From: Paramecium tetraurelia
Lineage: Eukaryota
Assembly (NCBI GenBank): GCA_000165425.1
Contig: CT868656.1
Location: 62,001 to 126,000 of the forward strand
DNA length: 64,000 nt
Direction of reading: 5' to 3'
Part shown: in pieces, positions 25,765-40,918 of the stretch
Numbering within the stretch: the stretch's first letter is position 1
Layout of the letters: each line of letters starts with the position of its first letter
Made by a program: the position numbers and the translations under genes
The notes under the pieces: generated by a model
What the model saw: the letters and a program-made list of their open reading frames with translations, nothing else
Databases searched by the model: none
Told to the model about the DNA's origin: nothing

Positions 25765-26224
25765 ATGTAGTAATTATAGGAATCGCATTCTTAATCGGAT
25801 TTCAAGCTTCCGTCTCTTGATATTCATACTACTCATCGGCTTCCTATCAAAATGAATCCTAGTTATAGATTAAAATACACTAACCCAATAAGAGTGCAAT
25901 ACTTAAGGTTCTTGGATCGAAGAAGCTTGGATGAAAAATTGAATCAACCATTTTGTCTAGAAAAATTTGCCAAAATTAACAATTACTCCTATGAAAAGAG
26001 TTATGTATAGTAAGCAATTGTATTCTAACATTTTAAGTGAATTAAAAAGCAGAAAACCATAGAAAAAAGCATAACCATAGCAAAGATAAGAATATCGTAA
26101 ACCAACAATGAGATATTTCAATCCAGAAGACTCTGAAGTACGTTAAGATGACATGGATTTAATTTTGAATCCTAAACAAAATAAACCTGTAACTTCAAAT
26201 AGCAAAGTCTTTATTTCTGAATGA
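25765..26224 (+). CDS. Hypothetical protein (~143 aa)
   Basis: MQQLQESHSQSDFKLPSL...; one 28-nt intron; TGA at 26222. Confidence 0.7.
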
Positions 26225-27343
26225 ATTTGCTGCTTAAAAAAATATATTTATGTACCATCTAATTTATTATCAATTTTGTATCTAAAAGTATGTAACTTTG
26301 AGTTTCAATAATATTATTTTATTCATCATATATATTCTAAATTGATTATAAATTAGAATTTACTTATTTCCATTAAATACAATCAAATAGAAGATTCAAA
26401 ATTCTACCTTTTGATTTGATTAGTAAAATTGCTAAATTTATTCAATAATAAACTTTGAGACTTTTAAGGCAATAGAAAACTGGCCTTAAATTTATTAATA
26501 TTTCATTAATTTTGATTCAAATTAAATATAATTTTAATTAATCATTGGGTTTACTATTATGGCTATGTTCGAGGGCTTCTTTAAATATTAATTTTTATTG
26601 AAATCTTAGATTTTAAATAATTTCAAAGATTTTTAATCCAAAGTATTTAGACTAAAATTAATTTTGTCTAAATTCTGATCAATGTCTAAAGAATCACATT
26701 TAGAAAAGAGTTTAGTTTTTATAGACAACATTTTCTTTTGATTTTTGATTCGATTTAATATTAAAGAATGACACATTAATAATATTTCTATTTCTTTTTA
26801 TCTATATAATATCTGAATCTTTACTTTTAACCTATGAAAATAAGTAAATAATACTATGAAAACAGATTTGATATATAAATTTTATTCTGGAACTATCAAT
26901 TAAGGACTAATGATAATTGAACCAAGATGATTAAAATACATAAAGGATGTAAAGGACATTCTAATATTATGAATAAATTAAAAGTTGAATACAACTATCC
27001 TATTTATTTTTAACTTGCAACTAATTATTTATAATTGATCGTATAATGCTGATTATGTCACTTTAACCTATTTATAGTAGATAGATTAATGTTATTCATA
27101 AAATAAATTATATCATTCTTTTAATAAACAAATAGAAATTCAATAGCTAAATAATGAGATTATAATCTAATTGAATAAATATTAAATTGTGAGTTCAAAT
27201 TTAATGATATTATTGATAAATAATTAAGGCATTAAGTTAATAAATTAATTGGTGCCTAGAAACGAATATTTTATGCTCGAAATCCGTTTTTTAGTTATAT
27301 TATTTAGTTTCGAAATGCGATTTGTAAGTGTAAATTAATAAAC

Positions 27344-28444
27344 ATGAAATTGATTGCTACATTATTAGTCGTATTAGTTTGCGTCAGTGCTGCTCCAAGA
27401 AATCCATTTGATTATTCAAAGAAGCGATCTTTGACAGCAGTCATGGCTGAAGTTGAAGCAAAGCTAAATAACAAGTCACCACTTGATGCCGTCTTGAATA
27501 TCTTGAGAGATTTCAGAGATGCAGTCAACACAGAATAAGTTAACCATGATGAAATCTACAATATCCAATAAACTGAATGCGATTCTGAAAATGAATTTAG
27601 ATCAAGATAAGTTTAAGATGCTCAAACAGTTTTGAGAGATTCCACTGCTGCCTTGAATGTCTGCAATACTTCTAAAATTAGAACAACCAACGTCGCAGAA
27701 GTCAACTAATAATAATACCAATCAGCTTAAGAACACTTAACAACAGTCTTGAACACTGCTGAAACAGAAGCACAATACTTCAAGAGAAGAGGAAGAGATT
27801 ATGAAGACGCTCTCCATGCTATCGATGAAGCCTAAGATATCTTAGCTGCTATCTATAGTGGATCTGGATCATTTGCTGAAATCAGCAAAGTTTCAAAGAG
27901 CATGCTCTAAACTGCTTTCAACATCAAGGAAACTGCTAAATTCGCCCCAATCTTCTATGCCTTTGCTCAATTGGCTGCTTAAGAAGGATAACTCGATGAA
28001 TCAGCCCTCGAAAGAGTTGCTTAACTTTTGGACAACTTGAGATCCAATATTCAAGAAGCCTATGACGATTTTGCTAGCTCAAATGCTGCTTCCGTTGCTG
28101 CCTTCAACGACTAAAAGGAAAGATTAGGATAAACCATTGCCAGACTTGAAGCCTAAAGCGAAAGACTCTAAAACAAGTTAACCAACTTAGTCTAATGCAT
28201 TGGAACTCAATCAGCCATTGCTTAAACCGCCTCAGGAAAACTCTAAAGAAACTAATAACTTTGGGACTAAGCCTAAGCTTTATGCTCAACCTTCTCCAAT
28301 GAATACAACTATGCCACCTAAGCCAGAAGAAACGAACTCTAATTGGTTGCTCAATTGGAAGAGATGGTCGCTGAAAGATTCGACTAAGTTGAAGATGAAA
28401 ATCACAAACTAGGCACTAGTCTTTCTCCAAGAAATGGATATTGA
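27344..28444 (+). CDS. Trichocyst matrix protein (TMP/GRL-like secretory precursor), 366 aa
   Basis: Signal peptide MKLIATLLVVLVCVSA, SPLDAVLNILRDFRDAVNTEQ, acidic coiled coils with spaced Cys, C-terminal RRNELQLVAQLEEMV. Codon usage typical of highly expressed genes; intronless. Confidence 0.85.
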
Positions 28445-28523
28445 TTTTTATCAAAATATAATATGTAAAACAAAAAAGTTTCAACCTTTTTTTGAATAAA
28501 TTATATTAATTATTGTTATTATT

Positions 28524-29734
28524 ATGAACAATATTTTATGCAAGGACCATCCAGACAATCCTATTATTTTCATAATTTGGAATAAAAATAGCTTAAAACT
28601 AGTATGTGATGAGTGCATGGGAAAGATACTTGATGAAAGAAATCTTTAGAATGATAAATTTAAAAAATTAGCCATCAGAAAGGCACTTAAAGAACCAGAA
28701 TATTTCTGCTAGTAATTTAGTTTGGATGGAAAAAATACCACTCTTTTAAATGGCATCGCAAAATACCCAGAAGTTTAATTGGCGAGATCTTATTTAAAAG
28801 ATTGAAGCAAATCTCAAGGATATACAATTAACTATAGATAAAATCATAAATGAACTAAAAGAAGAGGTTTATAATATTTTAAACAACAAGAGCAATTTTA
28901 GGAAATAATTAGAAAAAGTATAGTTAAATATTTTAATAGGTAACTCAATTTTCTTAGTTTAAAGAAATAATTGAAAGTCTCAATAATACATAGTAAACGA
29001 TCACTCACGATGTTGTCAATCAAGTAGAAACAAAATTATTGCAAATATTCATGGATCTTGAAAAAGATTCAAGCAGTTTTAATAGAGAAATAAAAGATTA
29101 TTCAGCATCAAATAAAATTAATAAAATAAATTTTTCAGGATTTCAGTAATTTAAAGACTAAATCAAATAATTTTTACATCTTTCATTATAATTCCAAGGA
29201 AAAATACCTTATGACTAATTTATTGTTTCCGAAGACTATTTCAATAACCTATTATTAAGTAAAATAAGTCTAGAGGCTGGAAAAAAAATTCAAAAAACTA
29301 ACTTAATATTTAATGAATAATAATAAAATTTGAATTGTTATTCATTTTGGAAAAATGTCGAAAATAAAAGCAACTTATTAATGATATTTAAATCAAATAG
29401 TGGTTATATATTTGGTGCGTACACTCCTTTAAAATGGGTTTATGAAAATAAAAGAATGGTTTGGGATAGTTCTAAACTTTCATTTTTGTTTTCATATACT
29501 CATAAAACTATACATCAGAAATCAAATAACTAGACTTGTGCTATCAAGTTATAGAAATTGTATGGTCCTTGTTTTAATTAGGATCTAGAAATAGAAGGTG
29601 ACTTTTAGAAAGGAAGTTCAAACCTAGGACATGCTTATAAAAAATAGGCTGAATAAAACGCAAGTACACATTTATTTGGATAAGAAACTCCAAACATAAT
29701 AAAATGTCAGATTTTTGAAATTATATTCTAATGA
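28524..29734 (+). CDS. TLDc-domain protein with N-terminal Zn-binding-like module
   Basis: LCKDHPDNPII...VCDEC N-terminus; TLDc motifs FWKNVENKSNLLMIFKSNSGYIFGAYTP, SFLFS, YGPCF. Needs a 28-nt intron at 28773-28800 (or an indel fix) to stay in frame. Confidence 0.8.
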
Positions 29735-29793
29735 ATAAATTTACATTAATAGAAATTTATTACAAATAAATACTGTAAATTTATAATTATTAT

Positions 29794-30507
29794 TCATCCT
29801 CCCAATAAGAAATTGGCAGCTTATTCTTCATCATATCCAAATCTAATTAATGCTTCCTATTATTTATGAATAGCCAATTACTTTAACTTTTTATTCATCA
29901 AAACCTAATTAAACAAGATTGGAAACTTTTTCATTTTGTTTATTTTTTGATGCATAATTTAGTGTCCATTCTCTAGCTTAATGCACTTAATAAATACTTT
30001 GCAGTTTTAACAAATAAATCTTTATTTGATTTATATTGATTGGCTACTACAGCATCTTAAGGAGAGTCTATATAAAATGATTTGAATTATAACCTGGCTA
30101 TGGATCACAAAATAAGGCCTGTAATGACAGTAAGGCAGTTCGAATAGATAAGGCAGGTGACCATTAATCCTTCAAAATATCAAGGCAGATGGCACCAGTT
30201 TATCTTAATATTAATTTAAAATACGATGAGATATTGGGATGCCAAATGCGTGTATCGAATTTCATTTTAGGTGGTTTATAAGGGTAGTCATTTGTGAGTA
30301 CGATGTCAATTTAGAAATAGCCACCTTCGTAGGGAGTATCTGGAGATCCATTAATAAATCCCTTCCAATGTTAGATGTCATTGTCAACAACAAAGATAGA
30401 AATCCCATTGTCTTCATTCTCATAATATTAGAATAATATACTTTCTTTTGTCTTTATTCGAATTCTTATATTTCTTTTGTGATTCTGTTTTTTTGTGCTT
30501 AATGCAT
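29794..30507 (-). CDS. UBE2K: Ubiquitin-conjugating enzyme E2-25K/Ubc1 type with C-terminal UBA
   Basis: [51 protein letters not shown] tail [32 protein letters not shown]. Confidence 0.93.
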
Positions 30508-30535
30508 AAAATATAATATATATTATATAATTGAT

Positions 30536-31944
<1,409 letters not shown>

Positions 31945-32021
31945 ATTAAATTTAAATTATTACTATACTGGTGTATGATGAAAAACATTAAATATCTAGA
32001 AAATGAATAATAACTAATAAC

Positions 32022-32709
32022 TCAACAACACTAATCTTTCTTTTAATTCTTTATCTTTATCGAACTAGATCGAGAATTGGCTGTAAAATAAGAATTTCTA
32101 TCTTTTTGTAAAACAAAACTCTTCATAAATTAATAGATTTACTTAGAAATTAAGAGTTGAATCTTGTTTTGATTTTGTTTTAGCCTAAACTCCCTGTTCG
32201 AAAGTTTATTAGAATGCTAATTTGATAGACTCTTTATCCTAGTATTAAACTGGTGTTAATAGTTTTAAGGCTGAATATTTATCGCTTATTTACGAGAAGG
32301 CATCATTTAAATGTTAAGTTCTACCTTATTGAAATAAATCTAATTTAGTTCCGATTAAGACATATGCACAATGAGATGAACTACGGTTGATTAGAGTATC
32401 CATCCATTTATCGATGGATTGTATATCAATTTCTTTGCTTAAATCAATACAGAGCATCACAGCATCAGCATCTTTTACTAAAAAGTTGCTCATTTAATTT
32501 TAGAATCCTTATCCAACACTATCCCATATTGCTACACAATATTATTCTTATTAGATTTCCACTTGAACTATTTTGTAATCGAAGCGTAACTTAGAAGCCG
32601 ATTAATTCCCATCAATTTCCTATAGGTATGTTTGAATTAAAGTGGTTTTGCCCACTTTAGCATCTCCAACTACCACTATTTTTAATGGAATTGCATCCGA
32701 AATATTCAT
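32022..32709 (-). CDS. Divergent Rab-family small GTPase
   Basis: KIVVVGDAKVGKTT, IWDSVGQ, LIGTKLD, C-terminal CC prenylation motif; one 22-nt intron. Confidence 0.85.
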
Positions 32710-32809
32710 CACTATAATGAATTGAAATTATAGAATTAAATCAAATATAATTATAATATAATCATTTACTAACTTGTTCTATTTACAAATAATTAATTAG
32801 TTGAATCAA

Positions 32810-34332
32810 TCAAACTATAAAACCAAGGTTTTATGAAACTATATTCATCTTTTTTTTATTCGCTTATAACCAACTTTCCTTCTATAATATTTATTACATT
32901 TATTCTTCGCTATATATGATTCCATTTATAAAACCCTCGGAATTCAGTTATTGATTCTAACTCAAGATCAATTACGATCCATTCTTTGTTAAGTCATATT
33001 GAGTATATTTTATATTCTATTTCCTCATTTCCACTTTTGGGTAGTTCGAGAAATGATGAATAAAGAAATATTAAAAGAGAGAAATTATGCATCTCATCAA
33101 AAATTCTATACTGCCTATATTACATTTCAATGCTTCCAAACTGATTGTCAATTTTAATAAGCTAGGTATCAAATTATTAATGATTATGCATTCAGAGAAC
33201 ACTAGTTGCTTTTCCTGTTCATTCAATTGAGTATAATCTTTAGTTAAGTAATTTGCCCTCTCACTTACAAATTTACTGAATTGTTTACGATACTCGAAGT
33301 ATTGATCTTAGTGCATCTATAAACTCAGTTCATTTATTAAGTATTTACCTGTAGTCATAACTACAAGATTGGACATTGCAAATGTGAAACTGTTTTAAAC
33401 AAAAACAATTGCCTAATCAATTTCAACTGATGTCATTGTTTATGGATAGTCCTATTAATATAATTAATTCAAAATTTTTACAATAAAATTCAATTTTTGT
33501 TTTTCTAAATTTTTCTACTGAATTATTGAAATCATTTTAGAAAATACCATTTAAGTCCATTACTTTATTTTTATTATCGAAATGCTTTCATTATATTTTA
33601 AAATCTTTTGATTTCTTTTTAAAATATCCATCTATAAATTCCAAGATGACTACTTTTGACTATTGTTTAAATTAAATGTTTACTTGCACAATGTCTTCAT
33701 TCTAAAAAGAGCCGTAATAATCTAAAAGCATTTTCTTATTCTTTTGAATTTCGCCCTAATCATTGTTGGAATGTCATTTGTTGAAATTGTCTTGATTGAA
33801 ACACTCTCACTTTTCGTAGGTTTAGGTGTATGGTCACTACTGCCACTCTGAATATTATCACTCAAATATTCATAAGACCCCTCGCAATAATGAAACATTT
33901 TTCTTATGTTCTAGGGGTTGTATGGGCTCTCAGATGTGGTCAAGAATTAATCATTGTTATTCGAAATTTCTATACTCTATCCTCGTGGGGCGATCGAATA
34001 TTGCTGTGAATCTCGGTTTGTTACTTTGTGAGCGGATTGTAATTCAGTTGAGACAGGGCTTGCCTTTAATTTTTTCTGATATTCTTATTAATTCAATTCC
34101 TGAGAAACAGAATATCCGATTTTCTAAAGAAAGCTCTAATGGTCGGTTCTTTCAGCTATGAATTTTAATTTAAAGAAATACTCTCATAGATATTTCTATT
34201 AGTAGGTTCTTGAGTAAAAGAAGAATCACCGTTGAGAATGGTTTACCCAGCAATTTGAAACTTGGCTCTATATGAATCTAGATGAGAATTTTGTCGATCA
34301 CTCTTTGTTAATATTTCATTGTTTCTAATCAT
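32810..34332 (-). CDS. Hypothetical protein (~490 aa)
   Basis: MIRNNEILTKSDRQNSH...; continuous frame after removing 2-3 short introns; ends QNLGFIV*. Confidence 0.7.
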
Positions 34333-35255
34333 AGTTCGTCTTTATGTTAGATAAATCTAAATTTTATTAAATATATTCCAAGAATAACTACTTAATTATA
34401 TAAAGAGATATATGATGTCATGTAAAATCATGGCTTCCCTACTAAAGATTGATTCATTTATTTATATTTTTTCATAAATTATAACTAATAAGTACTTAAT
34501 ATAAAATCTCGTTTTTATAAAGAACGAATAATTTGTGTTATTCATAAATTTAACACCATCCGTTAGGAGCAAGTTATTTTCAATATTTTAAATCTTTTAT
34601 TCTAATGCATTTATAAATTCAAGTTATCAAAACTAGACGATCTCTTTTAAGTGAGAGTAAATCAATTAGATTTAGCCATCTACTAAATTACCAATAATGA
34701 GTTAGTGGTTCATAATTTCTTAATTGACAGGGATACTTGAATCAAATGTTTCTTATAATCTACTATTATAGTAATGTATCATTATTATTATTTGACAATT
34801 GAAGTGTTCTAGAAATAGGAAACTAAATACAATTATTATCTTTATCAAAGTACAACTTATGAGCTAATACTTAACTTGAATATTCTTTTTACTTATTTTA
34901 AGTCTTGATTATGTGATATTCGATGTTGGTTTTCTATAATTTTAACTATATTATTTTTAATGGATAACAAATAGTGTTTTATTATGTTTTTGGTACCAAT
35001 TCAATAATATGAAAATAACAACTTAATTTTCTAGTTAATCATAATATTTTGACTTATCTTTTTAAGATATTTTAATTTTAAATAATTATATTTTCAATTA
35101 TACTTATTTTTACACTACCATACACAAAATGATTAAAAAAAGAATGATAAATTCGTATATGTTAAGACAATTAAAGAATAAAAATATCATTTTTTTCTGT
35201 TTTTAATTGTCCCTTTTCTTTTCCATTTCTCATACCAGTCATTTTTATAATTGTT

Positions 35256-37964
35256 TCAATTAGCTTAATATACTATTTAAAATAAATGAGATTGAAAAAT
35301 TTCGAAAAATCTTTAGGGTGTTGAAATCGCAGCCAATGATGAGGTTCCTGCTACAAGATAACATAGCAAAGTATGATGGAATAATGCTACGGATGATAGA
35401 TAAGCCCAGCCTCCAGTCAATAACGTGATCCCTAAAATAGCAGGTCCTACATTTTTGAATACTTGAAAAACAATCATCATCTTTTCAATTAAGGAATGAG
35501 TTTTTTAAATTTAGATAACAATTTTATCTATTTTGAATACAAAAGGATTTATGCTTTATTTATTCTTGCAATATTCTGATATTTAAAAAATAGTCTTTAT
35601 GTCTTAAATATATGATTCAAGGAAAAAACTCATTGATTTTGTATACTCGTTTTTGTTAATCCATTCTGATAACCGTTAAAGTATTGATACACAATTATTC
35701 ACATTAATCGCAGTAATATTTTAAAAAATGTCTTTAATGATTTTTATTTATTCAAATTTCTAACTTAGAGTGTCTTCACTTTTCGAAAAGTATTCATCAA
35801 AATATTAACTAAATAATTTAAAGAATTATTTTAATTTCAATTAAATTTTAGGCATACAAATACTATACTACATCCAAAGTCTTTCATCAAGTTGAAGTTC
35901 AAAAATTGGATTATTATTATCATTTTTTTATTAAAGTTACCTCTATATTTTTACATTTATAGATTCTGCAAACTTTTTTACATCATGATGCATTTCTTCT
36001 GAGGGTCTAAAAAATTCTAAACAAATTTCGTCGTCACTAAAATGCTTTTTATAGTAGCTATAATTTTATTCTAATAAGCCATAATAGGCGAGATCCCATT
36101 ATTCTAAATACACCTTTCTTGAATCTTTTTCAGCTTTAGTTAAAATAAGATTCCCCCAACTTCTAAAATTTTGATCTAAGTCCCTTTTATCTTTTAAAAG
36201 ACTATAAATAGGATCGAATGTATTCTTAATATTTTCGATCTACTATACAGAAATGTCGATCAAAACGTAAACAATAATGTTTTTTGTTTTTTTGAAATAA
36301 TTATACAGGCTTATTCTATGAGCAATTCGCATTAATTCATTTTAATTATCTTCAAATCCTGGACAATCAAATATAAACGATCTTTCAGGAATTTTTAATT
36401 CATTAATTAATCCCTAATATAGTAATTCTTAATAGCTAAAAACATCTTCTTGTTATTGATTAATGTTTTGGCCATTATTTTAATTATAAAATATCTGATT
36501 AAGTTCCTCCTTTTCTCCAATGTAAATACCACTAATTTTTTATGTCATGCTAACCCCACCTTGACCAATTTAAAATTTTGGATCTTATTCTTAACCAATT
36601 TTGTAGCATTTTTTACCTAAAATTCTTGTTTATTCAAGTTTATCAGGATAAAAAATTGCATTCATGACTGTAGATTTTCCTGATTTGGTGACTCCTATGA
36701 AATAAATTCCATTTTCAATTGGGTTTTTTGGTCCTTCTTATATTCTCTTTACTATATATTTAAGTTCATACAGAGTGCTTTCTATAGCTTAATGACAATA
36801 TTAACGCCAAAATTTAAGATTAATTTCCAAATTTTTAGCTTCTAAAATTACAAATTTTTTATAATAGGTCTCCCAAAATTAAATGATTTCATCTAACTTT
36901 TATAAATCTTAGTCATTAAAAAAAGGGTGAATACTTATTTATTCAATTTAATTTTCTTGCATAAATTATTTCATTTGTCGGCTATTTTTTAATTAAATTA
37001 TCTCATTCAATTCTTTTGCTTCATTTCCTTAATTAATTTAATTTATAATTTTAAGAATTTCTTTTAATTTGGATAATTTATTTTATTGGCAAATTTAGAT
37101 ATTCTTAATTCTGTTTTATAATTCTTTTAAATACCTTTCAACAATATTCATAGTATTATCTTAATACAAAATGATTGGCATTTACTGTAAAATGAGAAGT
37201 AGCTTCTAAAATTCTTTGAATCTATAATTAAAATATTTTGTTAAAATGTTTTCCTTTTATGATAAATAAGTCATCATTTTTCCATAATTCAATAAATCAT
37301 CCGACTTGCAATTATTTAAGGATTAATAGGAATCATATCTAAATATTGATTGCAAAACTTTATTTTAGTTAATTCCTTAAGGTTAAAATTATTATGAATA
37401 GTTATTTTTATCGGATAATTCAACTTTGCATAACTTCCAAATATTTTCATCTTATGGACCCAGTAATAAATAAGATTTTTTCTTGAAAGAATATTTACCA
37501 AAGTACGCAACTGAATCTTAAATCATACTATCCATCTTTGCTCTTTCATCATCTCCATTTAATTATTGCATATCAATAACTAACTAAAACTTGCACTTTC
37601 CCATTTTCTGAAGTGCTTTCTCAGCATATATTTTTGAAATACATAAGTCCAAAGGTATTTAATTAGTTTCGTAATTATATTATAAAATTAAAGGGAAATT
37701 TAATAAATAACTTTTTTTTCCTTATTTTTCTAATCTAACTAACTTATAGTAATTTGTATCTAAAATGACTTGTTTTATTTGAAAGTGTTGATAGAATGTG
37801 TGAAAATTTTATTGAAATTCTCCAAGAAAGATCAGTACAATACTACCATTAGGAATTTCTGGAAATTCACCATTAGTATTATTGTTTATGTATTCGTAAT
37901 CGTCGAATATATGTTAAATTTCTTCGTCAAAGTTTGCTTCTTCTTAAACTATTTATTATTCCAT
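35256..37964 (-). CDS. Large intronless P-loop GTPase (TRAFAC; AIG1/GIMAP-like) with C-terminal hydrophobic segment, 902 aa
   Basis: 2709-nt ORF. G1 IYFIGVTKSGKST, G2-like GGVSMT, G3 IFDCPGF, G4-like LTKA; hydrophobic C-terminus VGPAILGITLLTGGWAYLSSVALF. Confidence 0.75.
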
Positions 37965-38356
37965 GATATTTATCACTTAATAAATTATTTGCTTTTATAT
38001 TGATTTGCAAATTCTATCGCAGATAAATTTGATTTTTGGTTTTTATCATACTTATATGTTCCAAAATACACTCAGACGCATTATTCTAAGTCAAATATTG
38101 CCATATTTAAAATATCAGATAATAGAGACCTGAACGCTAACTTTGCTATTTATCAGAAAACAATATAACCATTTTCTTCATACAAATTAAAGATAAAAGA
38201 TCGATGGTCTTAAGTGATGGTATTTTTCCAAATACTATATACCCAAAAGTTGATTTTTTAGAGAATATATGATAAAAAAAGAGTTAATGTATATTTTTAA
38301 GTGATATATGATTAATAATTAATTAATAAAGTATAATTTTAATTCGTGTTATTGGA

Positions 38357-39452
<1,096 letters not shown>

Positions 39453-39585
39453 TGATGTACTTATTAAATGAATATAAAATATATATCAAATAAATAAAAT
39501 CATAGAATTAAACAATATATAACTATTAGAATAAACTTTTGTATTGAGTAGTACTATTTAGAATTTTAATAAAATATTTATTATA

Positions 39586-40680
39586 ATGATTAAGAATTTA
39601 TATTGGCTAATCCTAATTTAAACAATAGTGATTATTCTTACATTTAATTTGTCAACTAATCTGCAGATAATAGATAATATAATTGAATTTATCAATGAAA
39701 AATAAACTATTTCTACAGAATGCCAAGATAAGAAAAAATGCGAAGATGTTAATATTCCAACAACCTAAATTATATCAGAAGCTTATAATAAATTTTTTGG
39801 AGAAATGCACTGGGGTTTCCTTTTTATTTATCCAATTATGCTTATTTAAAAGCAATTGAATAAAGAAAGTGATTTTTATGTAATTTCAGATTATATTTTT
39901 TAGATAAAAAGGGCATTTTATTTTCACTTGATTTAGTACCCTTTTTTACCAATTTTCATCCATTGCATCTCGTTAATAATAAAACTTCTTTGTCGTAAAA
40001 TATTATAATATTTATACTAGCTTAATAGATAATACCAATTAATATTTGTTTTGGGATTTTTATTTTAAACCTCTCTTTCTTTATAATTAACTCGCAATTT
40101 TTGGGAATAGAAATTAAAAATAGAAGGAAACCTTTATATATACTATTTTTTTTATTAGTTCTAAACGGATTATATAATATAATCACTTTAAATGAACATA
40201 ATTGGATACCGTATTTAATATTTAATGCATATATTTAACTCTACTTAATCCATATTAATTCCAATTTGTTTGTGGTATTTATATGATTTAATTACTTATA
40301 GGGTAATCAATACATTAAGCAGAAAATATTGATTGAAATTCTTTTTGAAAAAATTTCCTTTTTTAATGGAAATAAGGATAATGATTATTTTTATATAAAG
40401 AAAGAGGTATTCTTGTTTTTTGGAACCCTAATAACTCTTTTTTATTATTTCTATTAAGCATTAATGCAAACGCAGGTTTAAATTACTATAATATTAATAA
40501 TTATAGCATTTTTGATTTTTATAATTTGGGATACTTCATTAATTTCAACAGTATTATTTATTTGTATTTAATTAGACTTCAAACTTTAGGAATAAAAATC
40601 AATGGTTAGCAGCCGATCTATTTTTTTTAGATTTATTTTTGCCCTTTAGGAATATTGTGATGTTTTTATTATAAGAATGA
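39586..40680 (+). CDS. Multi-pass membrane protein, divergent Bax-inhibitor-1/TMBIM-like (copy 1)
   Basis: Several hydrophobic helices; C-terminus IIWDTSLIST|...NQWLAADLFFLDLFLPFRN. Paralogous to the next gene. Confidence 0.65.
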
Positions 40681-40918
40681 TAAAATTCAATTAACTTATT
40701 TATTTTCTTTTAACTTCTATGTTTGAATTATAATTCTCTTTTACTTAAGTTGTCAATTTTATAGCGAAGTATAAGTGAGAATATGCTTTGAACATACTCT
40801 TCTCTTTTAAATAGACTTATATAATAAATTTAGACTAAAACATTTAAAAGAATAACAAAATTATGAATATAAAAATATCATTTCTAATTTCTAATAATCA
40901 ATATTTATTTTATTTTCT

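Noticed and set aside
34627..35190. ~187-codon minus-strand ORF downstream of the GTPase
   Set aside because: No recognisable motif. With TGA as the only stop, ORFs this long arise by chance in AT-rich DNA; may be a decayed remnant.
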